DNA of 64,000 bases from Chrysemys picta bellii (taxonomy: Eukaryota). Positions 59,973 to 64,000 of the stretch are shown in pieces; position 1 is the stretch's first letter, and the number at the start of each line of letters is the position of its first letter. The position numbers and the translations under genes were made by a program. Below the pieces are notes generated by a model that did no database searches, was not told the origin of the DNA, and worked only from the letters and a program-made list of their open reading frames with translations. The stretch spans positions 28,644,001 to 28,708,000 of the forward strand of contig NC_088805.1 in NCBI RefSeq assembly GCF_011386835.1, given 5' to 3'.

Positions 59973-60274
59973 GTCGGGTGGGAATGTTCTTTTTGATGGG
60001 CAAGTGAAATATCTTTAGTGTTTTCTTCATCGATCAATCCCTGTGTCGGCCACATTGCTGCAGGGGCAGGCAAGAAGATTTTGTGCCTCGGTCGGTATGT
60101 TTCCATGACGGTTCTGCAAGGCTGCGTTATGTATATTGCACACAGATGGCTAAAATGTCAGATTTCAATTAAGTGTTAAAAAAAGCCACCTGGATGATTG
60201 GTGACCACAATGGGAGGTTTGTGGGGACACTCTGCCGCCTTCCAACTAATTGTTTTTTTGCTTTGCTGTCTCAG

Positions 60275-60323
60275 GGCAGATGAAGTAGCAATGATCATGA
60301 CAAACCTTGAAAAAGCCAATCAG
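60275..60323 (+). CDS. CUX2: CUX2 coding exon 9 (ADEVAMIMTNLEKANQ)
   Basis: gctgtctcag|G ... CAG|gtgagg; 49 nt, phase 2/0. Confidence 0.96.
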
Positions 60324-61139
60324 GTGAGGAGAAATTCTTTCTGCTGAATATCGAGCTGGCGCGGCCCAAATAACTGCTTTCCTTCCCTTTGCTCCCTGCG
60401 ATTATCCGGGGACTGAGGCGATTCATTCTGCAGCGGGGGCAGTGAAGGCAGATCCAGGTGGGCGCAGGGTCCCCCAGCCATTGATGGCAGTGGCCATGCT
60501 AAACACTCCACCCCTTGCCCTGAGCTCTGTCCATGTCAGCTGCACCCCCGGAGCCTTTGTATCTATCCTGCTGGATCTGCCACCTTGGGGCTTCTCGGGA
60601 TGGGGGAATCGACTCAGTGAACGTGGGATCTCCTTACAGCTCCCAGGGCTGGCGAAGGGAACTAACCTAAATCTGGCAGACGTGGCTCAGAGTGACATGG
60701 TCGCTTGTTAATCCCTACCGGGAACGCTCCTGCGTTAACCAGGAGACATGCAGAAGGAGACGCCTTGTGAACAGTGCAACTTTCATCCATCGATGCTCTC
60801 TAAAACTACTTGGGTTTGGTCACTCGGGCACCGGAGACCGCCCTGTTTGACAGCAAAGTTTGACCCGATCTCTTTTTGTGCTTTAGTTATCACACTGCTA
60901 TTTGGGACATGCCACCACAGTACAAGTATCATCAGTATTATAAACCATCACCGGTATCCGGGGGGGGGGGGGGAGGGGGAAGGCAAGGACATTGCCTGGG
61001 GCCTAGAGCAAAACAATGCATTCAGAGCTGTGTACATTTCTGGAGTACTTACTACTCGTTTTATACATTTCCATGAGGGTTTGGATTTTTTAAGTCACAA
61101 AAATGTATATACAAACTGAGTAATACAAATATTTATAAG

Positions 61140-61425
61140 TAGCAATTTACATGTAGATATGGCCTTTCATGCAGAAGGAGTCAATGTCTTTTCAATGACA
61201 TACAAACTATGTGTGGGATCACTTTGCCCACCACTGAAAGGCAGTCACCTCTGGGGTGGAACATAGCAGCTGTTTAACAGTGCACAGCGACACTAAACAA
61301 GAGTTTAGGTCAGGAAGAGAAGAAAACAATGTCTAACTGGAATGAGGAAGCGTTTTAGATGAGCAGGAAGTAATTACCCACCTTGGGATTTGGTTGGGAC
61401 AGAGGGATTGACACCCCCAGTGTTG
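61140..61425 (-). mobile_element. AmnSINE1-like (Deu-domain) 3' portion
   Basis: Reverse complement gggtaattac..cctaaac..gctgtgcactgttaaacagctgc..ttccaccccagaggtgactgcctttcagtggtggg..gtgatccc..tagtttgta..atgaaagg. Confidence 0.8.
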
Positions 61426-61930
61426 GGCCCATACAGGTGATTAGGACATGGGTTCAGGCACAGTGGCACCTGTGCTGCTGTATGGCATTAAGTAGCATGT
61501 TGAAATGGTATCAGGGTCCAAACCAAATCTGAACTCGGGGACGTTTGTATCCAGACCAGGACCTCATGGCCAGCCCTATTTCTGTAACGGGCCAACACTG
61601 ACCCCTGGATCTGAATACACCAAACACTGGGAACCCTGTGCACTTCATGGCTGTTGCCCTTGGCTAGCTGAAATCCATGTGGACAGTGAGCCCATACAGG
61701 CGGTCTGTTCCCTCAACCGCACAGAGGCAAACATCCCCTCCACGGGGCACTCGCTAGGGGTGAACGCTCTGCCCTGCTAACCACCTCGTCGGGCTTTCAC
61801 CGTCCGCTTCCTGACTGCGGTGGGCAGCAGCTAGACTCTTAACAAAGGCGGTTTGGGCTCCGCGTACCCGGAGCCTGGGTGGTTGCTGTAGGGTTGTTCT
61901 GACCCCACCTCGGTATTATCGCAGGGTGGC

Positions 61931-62371
<441 letters not shown>

Positions 62372-62679
62372 TAGACCTCACTGCAGCCTGGCCAATGTAC
62401 ACCAGTGGGGAGCTGACCCAGAGTCTGCAGCCCGGGGCGCAGGAAACTTTGAGGGCCATGGTTTTCCAGTGCTCTTTAAAACTTCTCTGTGCCAGGGCCC
62501 ACGTGGCCTGTGCGCATGGGCTGGGTTTCACACATGCGCCTGCAAATAGCCGAGAAGTGGCACAGGAAGCCCGTCGTTGCTTTCGGAAGGACCTGGTTTT
62601 CCAGAGGGTGATAAATGAAGCACCTTTGCTGCTGGAAGCCAGTGCAGCAAGCGGGCCATGGAGTGTGCGCAAGAGCTCA

Positions 62680-62736
62680 GGGCCCGATCCTCAAGGGTGC
62701 CTAACGGGGACCTAAATACCTTTGGGGATCTGGGCC
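62680..62736. mobile_element. Short hairpin MITE-like element
   Basis: gggcccgatcctcaaggg..cctttggggatctgggcc. Confidence 0.7.
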
Positions 62737-63247
62737 TCGGCTAGCAGGAACTGTGAAAGGGGGGGGGGGTCCCCATCCAATTAGACATCATAAGTCCATC
62801 GTCAGACAGGTAAAATGCCACTGCCATTGGCACAAAATCATCCCTGTGAAGCATACGGCTGCCCTTGTCCCAAGGGGTGTTCGTAAACCCTCCCTCTCTG
62901 GCTCCGTTCTAATGTTATGCAGGTCGTGTAGAAGAGACTCGGTTGCTCCCAAATCAGCTGCGTTCCCCAGCTGTGGATGGGCCCTTTGCACAGAATCCGG
63001 GTGGGAAATGTCAGATTATTGCTGACTAGACGCCAGCCCAAGCAGAACCTCCTGCTGGAAACTCCAGAGAAGCTCCCAGAGGAGCTAGAAACGTCTTTGG
63101 TGCTGGTAGCAGTTTTGCTCTCCCACGTCCGTCCCCCTCTCCCCTCCCAACCTTTCGCTCTGTTGGGATGGATTTAGTGTCCCGGGGCCAGCGCTTTAGG
63201 CTGAATCCTGGATTTCTGCCAGGCCTCGTCTGTGGTTTGCCGGTAGA

Positions 63248-63360
63248 GCGGGTCTATACCGGGATAGTTGTACCTGCAGACCCTCCCAATGGAGATGCAG
63301 CTATACCAGCGAATACATTTGCCAGTATAGCTGGTACCAGCCTGGGAATCCCGGCAAACC
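63248..63360. mobile_element. Degenerate Harbinger-like MITE fragment
   Basis: Internal palindromic gctataccagc..ttgccagtatagctggtacc motifs typical of this turtle family. Confidence 0.5.
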
Positions 63361-64000
63361 CTGCCCAGCCTAGCCCGGGCCTCAGTTACACACGTCTGGG
63401 GACAAAGGGGGTTCCTGTTGCAGTAGGTAAGAAGGCATGTGCTGCTGGCAAACCTGATCTAGAACCCGCTGCAGTCAATGGGATCGCTTGGGCTTTGCAT
63501 CGAGCCCCATGTCTTCTGAGCTCAGAGCTGCAGATAACAGCCCAAGGACCCAATCCTGCGTCGCGCTGAGCACCCCCTGCTCCAGCCATGGGAGTTCCCG
63601 GGACTCAGCACTTCACAGCATCAGGCCTTTCGAGGGACAGAAACAAGCATTAATACTGGGTCCCACGCACTGCGCGAGGAGTGTTAATTAGCCCGAGCCC
63701 CAGATCTTTGCGGTTTGTAAAGATGGGTTCACGCTCCATTAATGAAAGCCAACATATACAAATATATGTGTGTGTGTGCACTCCTGGTGCTTTCCTTCCC
63801 GGCTCCTGGCTTCCTTGTTCCAGCTGGTTTGTTGCCTCTAGGAAGCTCATTTAAATATCTGTTTATTTTTCCGTCTGTATCCTCTGTCAATAGAAGGCCT
63901 TGCCCAGCAGAGGCTACCCTGGCTTAGTCCTTCAGCAACAAATCATCCCCTAGCTAGTGTGGAGACATCGAGTTAGACTCGTGTCTGTGTCTGGCCTCGT

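Overview
Vertebrate genomic DNA, almost certainly a turtle. The organism call rests on a tortoise Pol III/'Cry'-type tRNA SINE, turtle-type CR1 3' ends and many short DNA-transposon MITEs. The window lies entirely inside one + strand gene, CUX2 (cut-like homeobox 2). Nine internal coding exons (putative exons 2-10: 5117-5227, 9457-9504, 35144-35222, 48416-48553, 51505-51628, 55545-55621, 57412-57478, 60275-60323, 62198-62302) all have AG/GT boundaries and matching phases. They splice into a 798-nt, 266-codon stop-free frame for the N-terminal coiled-coil region ([24 protein letters not shown]...[12 protein letters not shown]). Exon 1 and the CUT/homeodomain exons lie outside the window. Most other ORFs in the supplied track are chance ORFs in intronic or repeat DNA. 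The introns hold CR1 and L2 fragments, many CORE/MIR-like SINEs, hAT MITEs with 8-bp target-site duplications, Harbinger-like MITEs, short hairpin elements, ancient LF-SINE and AmnSINE1 copies, two strong CTCF motifs and a 180-N assembly gap. I did not find a convincing new biological system. The best leads are regulatory or isoform candidates: a possible internal promoter with an in-phase alternative first exon in intron 4, LF-SINE and AmnSINE1 copies flanking exon 9, an in-frame alternative donor for exon 7, and nested transposons. Repeat-family names come from my recall of consensus sequences, not from a database search.
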